A stretch of 62,915 bases of DNA, counting the filler, from Collodictyon triciliatum (lineage: Eukaryota), in assembly GCA_043381765.1 (NCBI GenBank). It is 4 parts of 4 records of this genome, joined end to end, with 100 filler letters (N's around TTAATTAATTAA, not from the genome) between each part and the next. Parts side by side here need not be neighbours in the genome. Positions count along the whole stretch, not along the records: positions 24,058 to 44,834 come from JBHJMP010001219.1; 3 more parts are not named here. One strand, written 5' to 3'. The translations under genes were made by a program, and so were the position numbers. Shown piece by piece: positions 24,249-37,056 of the stretch (position 1 is its first letter; each line of letters starts with the position of its first letter). The notes below the pieces were generated by a model that did no database searches, was not told the DNA's origin, and saw only the letters and a program-made list of their open reading frames with translations.

Positions 24249-26553
24249 CTTTCTGGCGAGCATATCTTCGCGAGCAAGATTCGCAATAAGCTCTAATGTC
24301 TCCTTATCAATTTCCTCCTCTTTTTTCGATTCTTTTATTAATAGAGTTAGTGTTATGGAGACTATTTAGCTTTCGCACTCTCTAATGTATATGGTATCCC
24401 AGAGGCTAAGACTAGGATATTCGAAATCAAAAAGTAAAACAATACAATCAAAATGAAACAATAAATCAAATACCCTGACTAGGATTTGAGGAAGCTTCCA
24501 TTGACATTTTCATGGCTTCAGCAAGCATAAGCTGTTCAAGGTCGGCCGCATAGTTATCACTAGCCTCAGACTGGATTTGAGATAAAGATTTGTGGGCAGT
24601 TAATTGATATTAAGAGACTATGTTGAATAAGGAGAAGTTGTATCGAAATATCGCTTTCATTTGATCACGAGCAATTAAACCGGATAGTAAAAATAACAGC
24701 AAAAGACACAAACAACACAGATAATAAACTGCATATGAAACCCATATACGACACATAAATAAAAGATAGAATAGATATCGAAGTGGGAGTTATACTGGTA
24801 TAGTGGTGGGGTCAAATCCAGCTGGGAGGTAATCAGCGATGTTATATGAAATGTAGGCAACATCCTCGGGCGGGGCAATATGGGAGGGAACAAACAATGG
24901 TGTTCTTTGGGGTGAAGAACGAGACAGCTCCTGAGATTGTCGCTGAGGGTTTCTTTGCGATGTCTGTCTGCTGGGAGAACTTGAAACATATTGGCTGCGG
25001 GATTCTAGTTGCACAGAGGAACTCGTCGATGAACTTCTACCTAAAGCTATTGTGAGTTCAGAACTGAAAGTCGATGCAAAGGGCTTAGGAAAAAACAAAT
25101 GAATGATTACGCTCCATAGGCACCTATTTTTTTCTTTTTAAAAAAGTATCAAAACAAAGTAGTCCATGCGAGGAATAGAACAGGAAATAATCCAAAAATA
25201 AAATAAAAATAAAATAGAGCTTTTTGAGCAAAACCTTTTCACGTAAAAATTCATGTAGAATATTGAGTGGATTATAAGTATTATACTATTTTCTTGTTCC
25301 AAGGATGTACCGAAAGGAGGCTGCGTGGTTGATATAGGAGACGTGGGTTGTGAAGCAGAACCTAATACAAACGGACGAGTGATTAGGTACAAAAGTGGTA
25401 AAATAATTGGGTAGGCCGCCGTACTAATTACCATATATGAGCTCGCCAAAATGAATACCGACCTTGGTTTCGAGGCGTTGACTCTGTAAGACTTCGATAT
25501 CTCGATTCCTCCCTCTCCCGGTCACGTTTAATCTCTTCGTTTCGTATGCTAAGTTGGAGCTCAATCACTTTTTGCTCCTCCTTTGGAATTGGAATACATA
25601 ATAAAATTGATATAGAAAGAAAAGAGATTAAGTGTGAATATAAGTTATCCATTGAACAAGGAATTATAACGAAAAGAATCCATGAAGCTTCTCACAAGTT
25701 CTATTTGTTTCTTCTCTTGTTCTGTCATTGGTCCGCTAAATACAACAGCATAGCCTGATTTCATGCAAAACGGACATTGCGACGATTCTTTGTTGGGATT
25801 CTTTACTTGAAGGAAGCATTCTGTCGTACAATTTGTCATTTGATAATGTTTCTAACATAAATATCTATATAATGAGAAATGGGACAAAAAAGTAAATAAT
25901 AATAATAATAAAAATAATCATCATTCCCCGCGAGTCGTTCGCAACATACGAACCTGTGCATATTGGCTTCCGACAACATTTGGACCTGTTCAGTCCGCCT
26001 GGATAGTGCTTATCAAAAATAAAAACAAATGAGTTGATGAAATCTTCCTACTATATCCTCGATTAAGGTATGTAGATCTAAGGCATATACATAAGCAAAT
26101 TAGTACCAGCAGACAGATGGGGCACTCTTCTAGATCAGACTGTGGCGAATCTGCCCCAGGATAGCGAGGCGCAATCTTCCTGTCGGTAATAAGCTTTCTT
26201 ACCACCTGTTTTTTTCGGGAAAAAATCAATACGATATGTAACGTGGGATATGAACAAATTCTTTGTGATAATTATCATGTGTAAACGACTCTTTGATTAA
26301 TATGCACAATCGGTTCACGATGAGTCTTGGCAGTTAGTGTATATCTCCATGAATATGTACGAGCGAGAAAGTAGAAGATAGACCAAACATTGAATATATA
26401 GCATTAAATAGCCATATTCATTAAGAAAAAGGGAGTACAGGCATGAGAAGGATAAAAAAAGAAGACCTTATCGTCCCACGAGCAACTCTTGTACAATCCG
26501 CTTGGCTCCAAATACCGAGGATCGATTTCCTCTCTCCGGAAAGTATTACCCAT
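24249..26553 (-). CDS. Sip5/GW2/DA2-like RING-type E3 ubiquitin ligase (multi-exon; last exon probably lost at the gap)
   Basis: Spliced translation reads MGNTFRREEIDPRYLEPSGLYKSCSWDDK|VVRKLITDRKIAPRYPG...[33 protein letters not shown]...CPFC...EEQKVIE, with a C-terminal UIM-like DLEQLMLAEAMKMSME. These are hallmarks of this family. Confidence 0.88.
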
Positions 26554-26810
26554 TCAAACAAAATCTGCTCCAGAAACAAGTTGCCCTTTCAGTGTATTTG
26601 TTCCCTTGAGAAGTTGAGTAGGCTTCTGTGGCACACTTTATATATTGTGTGTATTTAAAAAAAAAGAAGCAAAGAAAAAAAAAAGGAAAAAAGATTATAT
26701 ATTAGCATCTACAATAAAATAGTTTACGAAATGTAACATCAACACTGCAACTATTATTCTGCTAGTATTTTTGCTTGGTAAGAAAGTCATAAGATGTTCT
26801 TTTATTAATC

Positions 26811-26811
26811 A

Positions 26812-26906
<95 letters not shown>
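26811..26906. repeat. (ATT)n microsatellite
   Basis: Direct observation. Confidence 0.95.
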
Positions 26907-26907
<1 letters not shown>

Positions 26908-28680
26908 TCGGTTTAAGGTTTATGTTTCTTTTTACGGTCAAATCCAAAGCCACGGCCAAAACACGCACCCGCTACCCCAAAATATAAAAAGTAGTCAACG
27001 ATGAAAACATAGAAAGTATTTATGAAAAGGTTTTAATGCAGAGAGAAAACACCCTAAGATGATTACAGAGAGTCGTAATATAACGTTGCCACATAGTTGG
27101 ACGATAGTGCATCTCTTGTGATTAAATACATTTCAACAGAGAACGGGTCAGAATACCGAGCCTTTGCAGGCTAAAGTTTAGATCGCAACAAAAGCCTCTT
27201 TTCTTTTCCTTTTTTTTCTTGAGAAGTTCCTTGCTTTTTTTTTTCTTTGGTCGGGTTACGTGTGGTGCACAAGTTTGGATGCACCCAAGCGCGGGCTTTA
27301 TGGAGTTGATTTCGCTTCCACCAAGCGATGCTGAATGCGACTCTGTTTGACGCTGGTTTCAATGTCTTTATCTTTTTTTTATTTTATTTTTTTTGGAACT
27401 TAGATCAGAAGGCACGCATCCCATTCACGCATACCTTTTCAGTCATGACCAACCAGGAACAAACGCTGCGGGGTTCTGCGGGGCTGCCAACAGAAGAACC
27501 CAATGCTTTGCAGATGCCTTCTGGTAATATCGAGGAGGATGAGAGGGAAGGAATGAGCCATTTGAACTGTGGCTTAGAAGAAGACCAATCATAACCAAAT
27601 ACCATGGACAACTAAGATGGATTAGGAAGAAGGGACATGTGCACGAATAAAATAATTAGCTGAATAATAAGATTATTTTTTTTTAAAAAAGAAAAGAAAA
27701 AAGAAAAAAGAAAAAAAGTGGCTGTGTGCTTCTAAAATTGACAACATGATACCTTCCGGTTAATAATCGAGTATTCCATATGCGTAAGATAGTCCCGTAA
27801 ATCCTTCACTGTGTAGTTATCTTCTCCTTTAGTCCCTCACCACCTTTCACTCTATGAGAAGATGCACGCAGAAAGGGTCTAAGAAACATATTAAACCTTG
27901 CCATGCCTCATACAAACACAAGAAACCATGCCAGAAGACAAAGAGAAGGAGGCAATTAAAGACGAGCACACCCAACCGAACGGCCAGACCGCCTAAGAGC
28001 GTCTAAAAAAGCGAAAACCAACCAAACAGTGCACTATCAACCAAACCTCGACACGCAACTTGAGAAAGGGACTAAAGGAGGCGCTGTATTCACTTAGTGC
28101 ATATGATATACACACGGATTATGTTATGTAAACCGGGATTCAGCCCGATTAAATGGAAAATAGGTGCCTATATTATATTTTCCAGAATCAATATTTCCAG
28201 ATATGATAATTTCTACTGAATGATTGGCGAAGATTAATCTGTAACCACAAACATCAGCAAAGCGCAACCATCGAGGTAGGTCGCGTTCAACAATCAAACC
28301 ACGAATAATAGTCGCAAGAGATTCGTACGAAGCTGATGTGAACAGTTCGCTTCCAACTGCTTTTTTTTTTTCTCTCTCTCTCTATAATGCCTTCGCATTG
28401 CTGATGATCAAAAAGGTAAAACGTGTGCAGTAGATTTCGTACCTGTGAATCGGCACAGATTCTTTTGGAGTTGGCCAAAAAAAAAAAAAGAAGAAAAGAA
28501 AAGCAACGCCATTATTCTTCCATAAGAAGTCATTTTAACTTGGCCATTATATGTGGTTTATGCGCTTTTCTTTAACTTTGTAATTAGAAAGAGTCATTAT
28601 CTTCGTAAGAGTTTTTTTATTCTCCAAACTCTTTTTTTCGTCTTGTAGAATCAACCGCACTGACGGCTGCAGAAATATAG

Positions 28681-31600
28681 ATGGACGCAAATGCCATTTT
28701 TCGGACTTTGCGTGCTGGTTGCGGGTTCAGACAGGCCAAAGAAAAGAAGGAAACAGCAGTTTTCGAGGTATTGAAGTATTTTCCTGTTTTCTTGTTTTCT
28801 TGTTTTTTCTTGTTTTTTCTTTTTTTCTTTTTCTGTTTTTGTTTCTGTTTCAGTTTCTTTTGTTATTGTTTCTGGTTCTTTTTCAGTTTTTGTTTCCGTT
28901 TCTTTTTCTTTTTCTTTTTCTTTTTCTGTTTTGTTTTGAAGAAAGACTCCTCGGTTAGAGAAACACAACTATTCTGGCTCCTCATATTTGAACAGTTTGC
29001 CCGACAAGAACAACTACCACCAACCCTATGTTTATTAACCCCACCTTGGTATCCAAAGAAAACTCCTATAAACTTGGAAAGAATCAAGGCATCTCAACTA
29101 CCTACAAATTCCACGGATTTTTTCGGCACTCAAAATACATCCAAGTAATAGAGCATTAGACATATGCCTCTCGCTTGACATATGGACGAGTTAAATTTCA
29201 TTATCATTAAGACATCTGCAAACATAGAGTTTATAAAAGAATATAGTCTAATTGTCATCATGAAATATTTTATCTAAATTTACAAGACCCCGGAAAACCC
29301 CGAACGTATCGTTTTCGTTGAAGCGGCCTTTAGAGATCAGCAAAGTATTAAAAGGAGAAGACAGTTCGAATGAAGAACCCGAAAAGAAAATCAAGACTGA
29401 TAAAGGTGAGTATTTTTCTGGGCCATCAAACTCTTACAGTGCGCTGCTTTTTTTTTGGGAGAATTTTTCCATAAATAAATCCAACAATAATATTTTACAG
29501 GAAAATCTGAAGTGCTGGGGAGTGATGAAAGCGACAGTTCTGACTCAGAGTTGATTGATGTGGGCGAAGACGATAATATTCCAAATGCGAAGCTAATATT
29601 CGGAAAGGAGCTTGCAGTTGAAGGTTTGGGATATTCCAAAGTTATTATTGGTTTACATTCGATTGAAGTACGATTTGGGGTCTATTTTTAAATCGTCAGT
29701 CCAATCAGAGAGCATAAATACTTAATTTTAATATTTTTTCTTCAGAAAATGAAGGAAATTCTGAGCGCATCGCTGAAATTCAAGAAAAGGAAGCTGTAAG
29801 TCTTCCTCTTCAATTAAATTATGCACATACGCGTTAAAAACCATACGGAACTGAACATTGAAGACTTTTTTTAAAACAATAATGGCATGTAGATTGGCCG
29901 GTTTCGAAATTTGAATAGGATTCGTGTGGAAGGATCGGACGTCCCTAATCCCATCGACGATTTTGGGTTGTTAAAAGAAAAGTATGCCATCATATATTAA
30001 GGATACATGAATTTCGATATACCTCTATGAAAAGAGGTCCAATCTAACTGGTGGCTCATGAAATCCAAAACACAGTGTTCATATTTGTTCTACATACGAT
30101 TCACAGAAGATACTAAACTGATAAGTAACACACATGTCCTGAACAAAACAAACAAGGTATTCTATCAAGACCTTTCTCTTAAAAAACATCGAGCTCTGTA
30201 AATATACCTCACCAACTCCGATTCAAAGCCAGTCTCTCCCAATTTTAATAAAGGTATCTCTTTAAAAGAAGATTTCCTCATCCACTCTTTAAAACACAAA
30301 CGGCTATATCCCTTATGAGAGCGTATTAATTGTAAAATCGTTCATGAATTTGTTGTAATGCGACATAACTTCATGCTATTATAGGGAAGGGATATGATAG
30401 GCATAGCCCCGACAGGCTCTGGTAAAACCCTAGCCTTTCTCATTCCTATGCTTGCCCGACTAGATGTAATAGTTTATTCCGAAACCAGCTCTGCATTCGC
30501 TTGTCATGATTTATTTTATCAGACCTATCACAAATCGGTGAATACATTGCCTGATCTACCCACACCATTAGAAACCATCGAAAGAATCTGTGCGCGGAAT
30601 GATTCTTTCTCCAACTCGCGAGCTTGCGCAACAAATCTACAGACAGGCATGTATGCTCAGTTCCGGGTCATCATTCAATATATCTATATTGACAAAGGCG
30701 AATTCAAAATCATTCGACACGCTAAGGACAAAGAAATGCGGTATATTTACGTATATAATTCGTATTACTCATTCCAGAAAACTAATAGCAAATTAAAGAA
30801 CTATAACCTTCTGTAATTGATTTCGTATATGATTTTTACAAGAAGATTTGGTATTTTCGACATACGACTTTGGCATACCTTTTCATATAAACGGGTCACA
30901 TTCATAAACCTAACCTCCCTAACAGATATTCTAATAACGACCCCGCTGCGATTGGTTTCTCTCATACAAGAGCAGGCAATTGACCTCAGCAAGTATGGAT
31001 TCTATGCAAGACCGATTTGCCAATCAATTAAAAAGCCATCTTACCCATCGAAATATAATTGCTTATTTGGAAATTGACATATATAGCTCTTTCTCTACAA
31101 GTAAATTGCGTTTATATTTTTATATTTATATGCTTTTTAACGTCGAATAATTAGTGTTCAATATATCACCCTTGATGAAGCCGACAAGTTGTTAGAAATG
31201 GGGTTTCTTGAGCAGGTAGGAATGTTGGCAGAATGCCACTGATTTATCAAATAATTTCATCCTCTTTTATTTGCTGCGCTACAGACTGGAATAAATATAT
31301 TCGTCAATACTTTGTCCTTGCTTTATCGTTCATAGGTCGATGAAATCATGGCAGCTTGCTCGCATTCTGTTATTCAACGGTGTATGTTCAGTGCTACTAT
31401 GCCTTCTCAAGTAAATTATTGATATGAGACCATCTACTTTTCTTTCTTCATCCGGTCACGGTTTTATTTTATTTTTACCTTATCTTACTTTTGGGTCAAT
31501 GATCAAAACATAAATAATAGATGGAGCAGTTGGCAAAAACAATATTGAGAGATCCAATCAGGCTCACAATAGGTATAAGGTAAGCCGAGCCCATTCTGTT

Positions 31601-33196
31601 CAAGTTGAACATTGATTCGTAATCGAGTGGGTATCAATAAACCTCCATGGCACCTTGGACGACTTATTATATGTTCAGATTTGGTTCCATTCCGTGATTT
31701 TCCATTTTTGCTATCAAATAGGAACACCACCGCAGAGACTATTAAGCAAAAGCTTATATACGTCGGTCAGGAGGAAGGCAAGATTGTCGCAATACGACAA
31801 TTAATTCAAGAGGTGGCTCTGATTTCTGCACTTCTAAAATATCATCATTTCTTTGTGAAGAAAAGGGAGGGAGAGAGAGAGAGAAAAAGAAGAGGAGCGT
31901 TCAACATCCATTAAGTCAGTCAAATTAACATTCATTTTAATTAGGGTATGAAGCCTCCCGTTCTTATATTCGTTCAATCCAAAGAGCGCGGGCAAGATTT
32001 ATTCCATGAGCTTATTTATGAAAATGTCAACGTTGATGTGATACATTCAGACAGAGCCCAGGCGCAAGTATTCTATTTGATTTAATTTATAATCATCATC
32101 ATCACCTATATACCTTCTGTATATGAGGAAACTATTCCAAGTATTCAGAAATAGATTCTTTAAGGAAACTCAATGCTCTGTAATAAAGAATGGATTTATT
32201 CCCTAAAAAAATGTTATAAAATTACAGAGAGAAACAGTCATAAAAAACTTTCGAATGGGCAAAATATGGGTGCTTATTGCCACAGAGCTTGTTGCCCGTG
32301 GTATCGATTTCAAAGGAATCAATCTTGTAATCAACTACGACTTCCCGCAATCGGCAGTGAGCTACATCCATCGAATCGGACGTACGGGACGTGCAGGTCG
32401 GTCAGGAGAGGCCGTTACCCTCTTTACAGACGATGACGTACCTTACTTGCGCATGATTGCTGGTCTGATGCGAGAGTCAGGGTGTGATGTAGCTGATTGG
32501 ATGCTTACTCTGAAGAAGCCTCAGTCAGTTTTATTCTTACTTTACGGCGGTCAATTTTTACTTTTATTATTATGAACACATACCACCATCTTTCACCCTG
32601 TCTTGTCAACATTTAATGAGGGGGTTCTTTTTTTTTTTTTTTTTCCAGCGGTTGACCATTTTCTCTTATCTCTGTTCATTACTAATATTCCAACCACTCA
32701 AAACTATCATAGGAAGAAGGAATCCAAGAAACTCAAGACCAACCCAATCCAGAGAAAGCCGGTATATGAAATACCAAAGTTTGATGTGCGTCAAGCCTGG
32801 AAGGAGGCCAAGAAGGCCAAAAAGGAAAGAAAGGCTTTGCAACGGGCACAATTGGAAGCCTCACAAGTGCAGCAAAAGGAACCTCAGATGCAACAGCCAC
32901 AGCCCAAACTGCAGGCTGGCACGAAAAGTACTCAAGCACAGGTTGTGAAGCACAAAGCCAATACCACGGCCAACTTGAATCATGCAAATAAGCAACCACG
33001 AACGAGTGGAGAACAAAAAGCGAGTGTACTGCAGACACAAGGGCCGAAATCGATAACAAACAAAGCAAAAGACAAGCTCGACAGTAGGGCTGTTGCGTCG
33101 ACTCAGCGAACAAATGCACCACCACACCTGAAAACCAAACTCAAGCCCAGTAGTTACACAAACCAAAACGGAGCGGCCCACTCGAAGCCGAAGTAA
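28681..33196 (+). CDS. DDX52: DEAD-box RNA helicase DDX52/ROK1 (multi-exon)
   Basis: N-terminus [17 protein letters not shown] motif [85 protein letters not shown]...[11 protein letters not shown], which is the DDX52-type signature. Confidence 0.93.
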
Positions 33197-34209
33197 TTTT
33201 TACAGCAATAAAAATAATGTTTTCGGTTTTATAAGATGTTTGACAGGGTATGTTTCTTCTGTCTTTTTGCAAGTGATCTCATTTTTCATTCCCCTTATCT
33301 TATTTTTTTTGGCCCCATTTTCTAGTAGAGTCGAACAAGGCGGGAGTCCAAAGCAAAGGAAAAAGAAAGTTCAACCGAAAGTAGATGACAAAGGACACGG
33401 CGAGGAAATATCAGTGGATTAGAATACTTTCATTCAAGTAAACCACTTTCGTTTTTCTCCTTTTGCCAAACTTGCATATCCTTGTTACTTCCTTTTCTTC
33501 GTGCTATTTAACTTACATGCTCTTTTTTTTCCCCATCTAAAGTGCCTATCACAAAAATACTTTGGTTATTCAATTAAATGCGCATCCGGTAATATGATGT
33601 CATTCCTCACCCCTTATCCACACCTTTCAATAAACTTTAGGGCGCAATGACGTGGAAAATAGTAAACAGAACAGAAAAGAAGACGCATACTTTTTTTTTC
33701 ATTACCCATACATTCGCACCCACCACAATTCCTACACTATTCCCTTTTTTTTCCTTCCTCTTTTTCTGTATCGATGACCGGAACAATAAAGGAAACAAAC
33801 CAACAAAAGCAAAACACGGCAGCGACACGCGACATAATGGTTGTTTTACTCGCAGGGCTGAACTGTGCGCGCCGAACCAAACCCCGTTGATAAATACCCA
33901 AACCCGCATAAATGTATCCCAATTATGATGACAAATATACGAAATACTCTTCTCGCTCATGCAGTGATTTTCCAACGTCTTTTTTTATTTCCCCCTCACT
34001 CTGTCTTATATAGCTGGCGGGTTTGTATGATTGGGATGCACGATTATTTCTTTGTATGATTTATTATTTTGTGATGTATTGTTTTCTACATATTACATTT
34101 CCTTTTTCTTAAGCTATTTAGTTGTCGCTAACTAGTCGCTCTAATCTTGAGTTTTTTTTTCGAGTAGGAGAAGCTAGAGCACTTGACCCATGACACACAC
34201 AATACCCAC

Positions 34210-34383
34210 CAAACCAAAAACCAAAAACCAAAAACCAAAAACCAAAAACCAAAAAACCAAAAAACCAAAAAACCAAAAAACCAAAAAAAAAAAAACCAAA
34301 AAACCAAAAAACCAAAAAACCAAAAAACCAAAAAACCAAAAAACCAAAAAAAAACCAAAAAAATCAAAAAACCAAAAAAACCA
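34210..34383. repeat. (ACCAAAAA/ACCAAAA)n low-complexity tandem repeat
   Basis: Direct observation. Confidence 0.92.
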
Positions 34384-34496
34384 TAAAGAGGTAATTAGAG
34401 TTGAATTTACTCTCGAAGTAGAGCTATCTATCGGGATATAGCTCGTAATATCATAAGTGTTTATACAGGGACTAATTGAGACGGGATATAGTGAGT

Positions 34497-36167
34497 CTAC
34501 TCGAGGCGGAGGTGCAGGTCAAGCAAAGAGCTGAGCCCCGCATGCATACCCAGCGAACTGAAGATGGTCATGGCCAATGTGAGCGCAAACGTCTCTCTGA
34601 GTTCCGCGTAAGACACGTCCAAGGGCATTTTATAGACATATATCTCCACGTAAAAGGACAACAGGTCACTGACAAACTCAAAGAGAACCTGGACCCCAAC
34701 CAAGTAGACACAATCAGAGAAGTTTGCTGGAGTAAATACCACGGAAGCGGGAAACACGGGATGAATCAAGTACAACATGACCGCAACAACAATCGATACG
34801 CGGATTTCAGAGGCCACATTGTCGATGATTTGCTTCATCCTCATCGCTCGAAAGGTTGTCGGCAGGGCGTAGGGAACGCGCTCATCATCGTTATCGTAGA
34901 CATAATTCCCGTACTCGTCTCGATGAATCTCATGCTCTGCATCTGGGTTGGCGGGAGCTGTGCCAGAAACCACCACGATAGTCTGATGATTCTTTTTCAA
35001 TCTCGATGCCGTGGACGAAGTCATTGTGGATTCAGGGGAGATAATCTGCCCAGATGGCTGCGATTGTGGCCGGTTTGCTTGGGTGCCTTCGACTGCACGG
35101 CCATGGTCTCTATTTTCATCGTATGCGCGCTCTTCCGAACCAGATATACATATCCTGAAAGGCAAGACACATCTTCTGCTGCAGAAACAAAGCCTCTTTG
35201 GGAATCTCCAGTGCTGCCACCAAAGCCAAGCGTCTGCAAGCAGGTGGAAGCGGATGTTGTAGGTAACGCGGTTGAGAAAGTCGAGGCAGGCAACTGCGAA
35301 GCACATCCAAAAGAAATGGTGGTCCATCACGTCTCGCTGGCATAGACATAACAGCATTCTTCCCGTGTAGCGCATATGCGCGTTGACAAGCGAGACAACT
35401 TCCATGCGGCGGGTCATGTGCAGCGGCGGGAGGCTGATTAACGAGACCAGCTGATAAAAGTCGGCCACGAAAAAAATCCCGGTCACCACAATGAGCCGAA
35501 CTGCAAGCTGGAAAAGAAACGAGCCTTGGATGTATCGTGGATTCAGCATGTGCGATAGAATCACAGCTATGATGGAGAAGACTACACCTTGTCCAATCGC
35601 CCGAAGTGTCCCGTCAATCAAGAGAGGATGGATTAGAACAGAGCCAGGCTCAGAATCGCTCTGGTTCGGATGAATGTCTTGGTTCTGTTCCAGTCCCAGT
35701 TGTTGCTGGCTTTGAATCCGAGCCCAGGCAGCACGGGCCTTCTTTGAGACGTAAATCAGGACAAACATGTAGCATAGCATCAGAAAGCGCTGCAGCCAGC
35801 GGCAGAGACGAATGGGGAGTCCAAAAGGAAAGGACAGCGTCACAATTGCAGCGTATATCGGGACATAATAGCGAAGTGCGATGCGCCGCGCATTTTGGTG
35901 GCCAATCAGATGGCGGATGGTCAGAATCGCGACAGCAAAGAAGGCCGAATGGAACAAAGCCGATTCTGTGTGGATGTAAAGCAGATTCAGAATCGGCCGC
36001 ATTGTGTCCTTGGGCAGCCAGCGGAGAAGGCCGAAGTAGAGTCCCAACGGCACAAGTGCAAGGCCGGCCACCAAGGAGCTGTGAACAAATAGCACAGACC
36101 ATAAGGACAGCAGATGCGCTCCGCTTTCAGAGAAGAGCGATATTTCAAGCTGGGCCAAGGGCGGCAT
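34497..36167 (-). CDS. Intronless multi-pass membrane protein, unknown family, paralog 1 (556 aa)
   Basis: Long ORF with roughly 9-11 hydrophobic segments and a polar loop. Shares ISLFSESGAHLLSLWSVL, NIRFHLL, LYLIHP and VGVQVLFEFVSD...YVEIY motifs with its neighbours. Confidence 0.85.
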   Translation of the reverse strand: MPPLAQLEISLFSESGAHLLSLWSVLFVHSSLVAGLALVPLGLYFGLLRWLPKDTMRPILNLLYIHTESALFHSAFFAVAILTIRHLIGHQNARRIALRYYVPIYAAIVTLSFPFGLPIRLCRWLQRFLMLCYMFVLIYVSKKARAAWARIQSQQQLGLEQNQDIHPNQSDSEPGSVLIHPLLIDGTLRAIGQGVVFSIIAVILSHMLNPRYIQGSFLFQLAVRLIVVTGIFFVADFYQLVSLISLPPLHMTRRMEVVSLVNAHMRYTGRMLLCLCQRDVMDHHFFWMCFAVACLDFLNRVTYNIRFHLLADAWLWWQHWRFPKRLCFCSRRCVLPFRICISGSEERAYDENRDHGRAVEGTQANRPQSQPSGQIISPESTMTSSTASRLKKNHQTIVVVSGTAPANPDAEHEIHRDEYGNYVYDNDDERVPYALPTTFRAMRMKQIIDNVASEIRVSIVVAVMLYLIHPVFPASVVFTPANFSDCVYLVGVQVLFEFVSDLLSFYVEIYVYKMPLDVSYAELRETFALTLAMTIFSSLGMHAGLSSLLDLHLRLE

Positions 36168-36213
36168 GTCCTTGGCTGGTGCGTCCTGTATTCCGCTGGT
36201 GAGGCTTTGCTAG

Positions 36214-36214
36214 T

Positions 36215-36257
<43 letters not shown>

Positions 36258-36940
36258 TTTGTTTGTTTGTTTGTTTGTTTGTTTGTTTGTTTGTTTGTTT
36301 GTTTGTTTGTTTGTTTGTTTGTTTGTTTGTTTGTTTGTTTGTTTGTTTGTTTGTTNNNNNNNNNNNNNNNNNNNNNNNNNNNNNNNNNNNNNNNNNNNNN
36401 NNNNNNNNNNNNNNNNNNNNNNNNNNNNNNNNNNNNNNNNNNNNNNNNNNNNNNNNNNNNNNNNNNNNNNNNNNNNNNNNNNNNNNNNNNNNNNNNNNNN
36501 NNNNNNNNNNNNNNNNNNNNNNNNNNNNNNNNNNNNNNNNNNNNNNNNNNNNNNNNNNNNNNNNNNNNNNNNNNNNNNNNNNNNNNNNNNNNNNNNNNNN
36601 NNNNNNNNNNNNNNNNNNNNNNNNNNNNNNNNNNNNNNNNNNNNNNNNNNNNNNNNNNNNNNNNNNNNNNNNNNNNNNNNNNNNNNNNNNNNNNNNNNNN
36701 NNNNNNNNNNNNNNNNNNNNNNNNNNNNNNNNNNNNNNNNNNNNNNNNNNNNNNNNNNNNNNNNNNNNNNNNNNNNNNNNNNNNNNNNNNNNNNNNNNNN
36801 NNNNNNNNNNNNNNNNNNNNNNNNNNNNNNATAAGACAAAAGACAAAAGACAAAAGACAAAAGACAAAAGACAAAAGACAAAAGACAAAAGACAAAAGAC
36901 AAAAGACAAAAGACAAAAGACAAAAGACAAAAGACAAAAG
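36214..36940. repeat. (TTTA)n/(TTTG)n and (AAGACAA)n microsatellites flanking an assembly gap
   Basis: Direct observation. Confidence 0.92.
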
Positions 36941-37056
36941 AGCGTGGCGGAGAGATGGTTTAATGAGATTTCGTTGGTTTATACAGCATAATATGATGCA
37001 AAGGCATATCAATTTCCGGTTTTTATTAATCGCTTTTTTCATATTATACGTGAAAA

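Noticed and set aside
34476-36202. Plus-strand ORFs of 289 and 198 aa
   Set aside because: Antisense shadows of membrane paralog 1; not conserved in paralogs 2 and 3.
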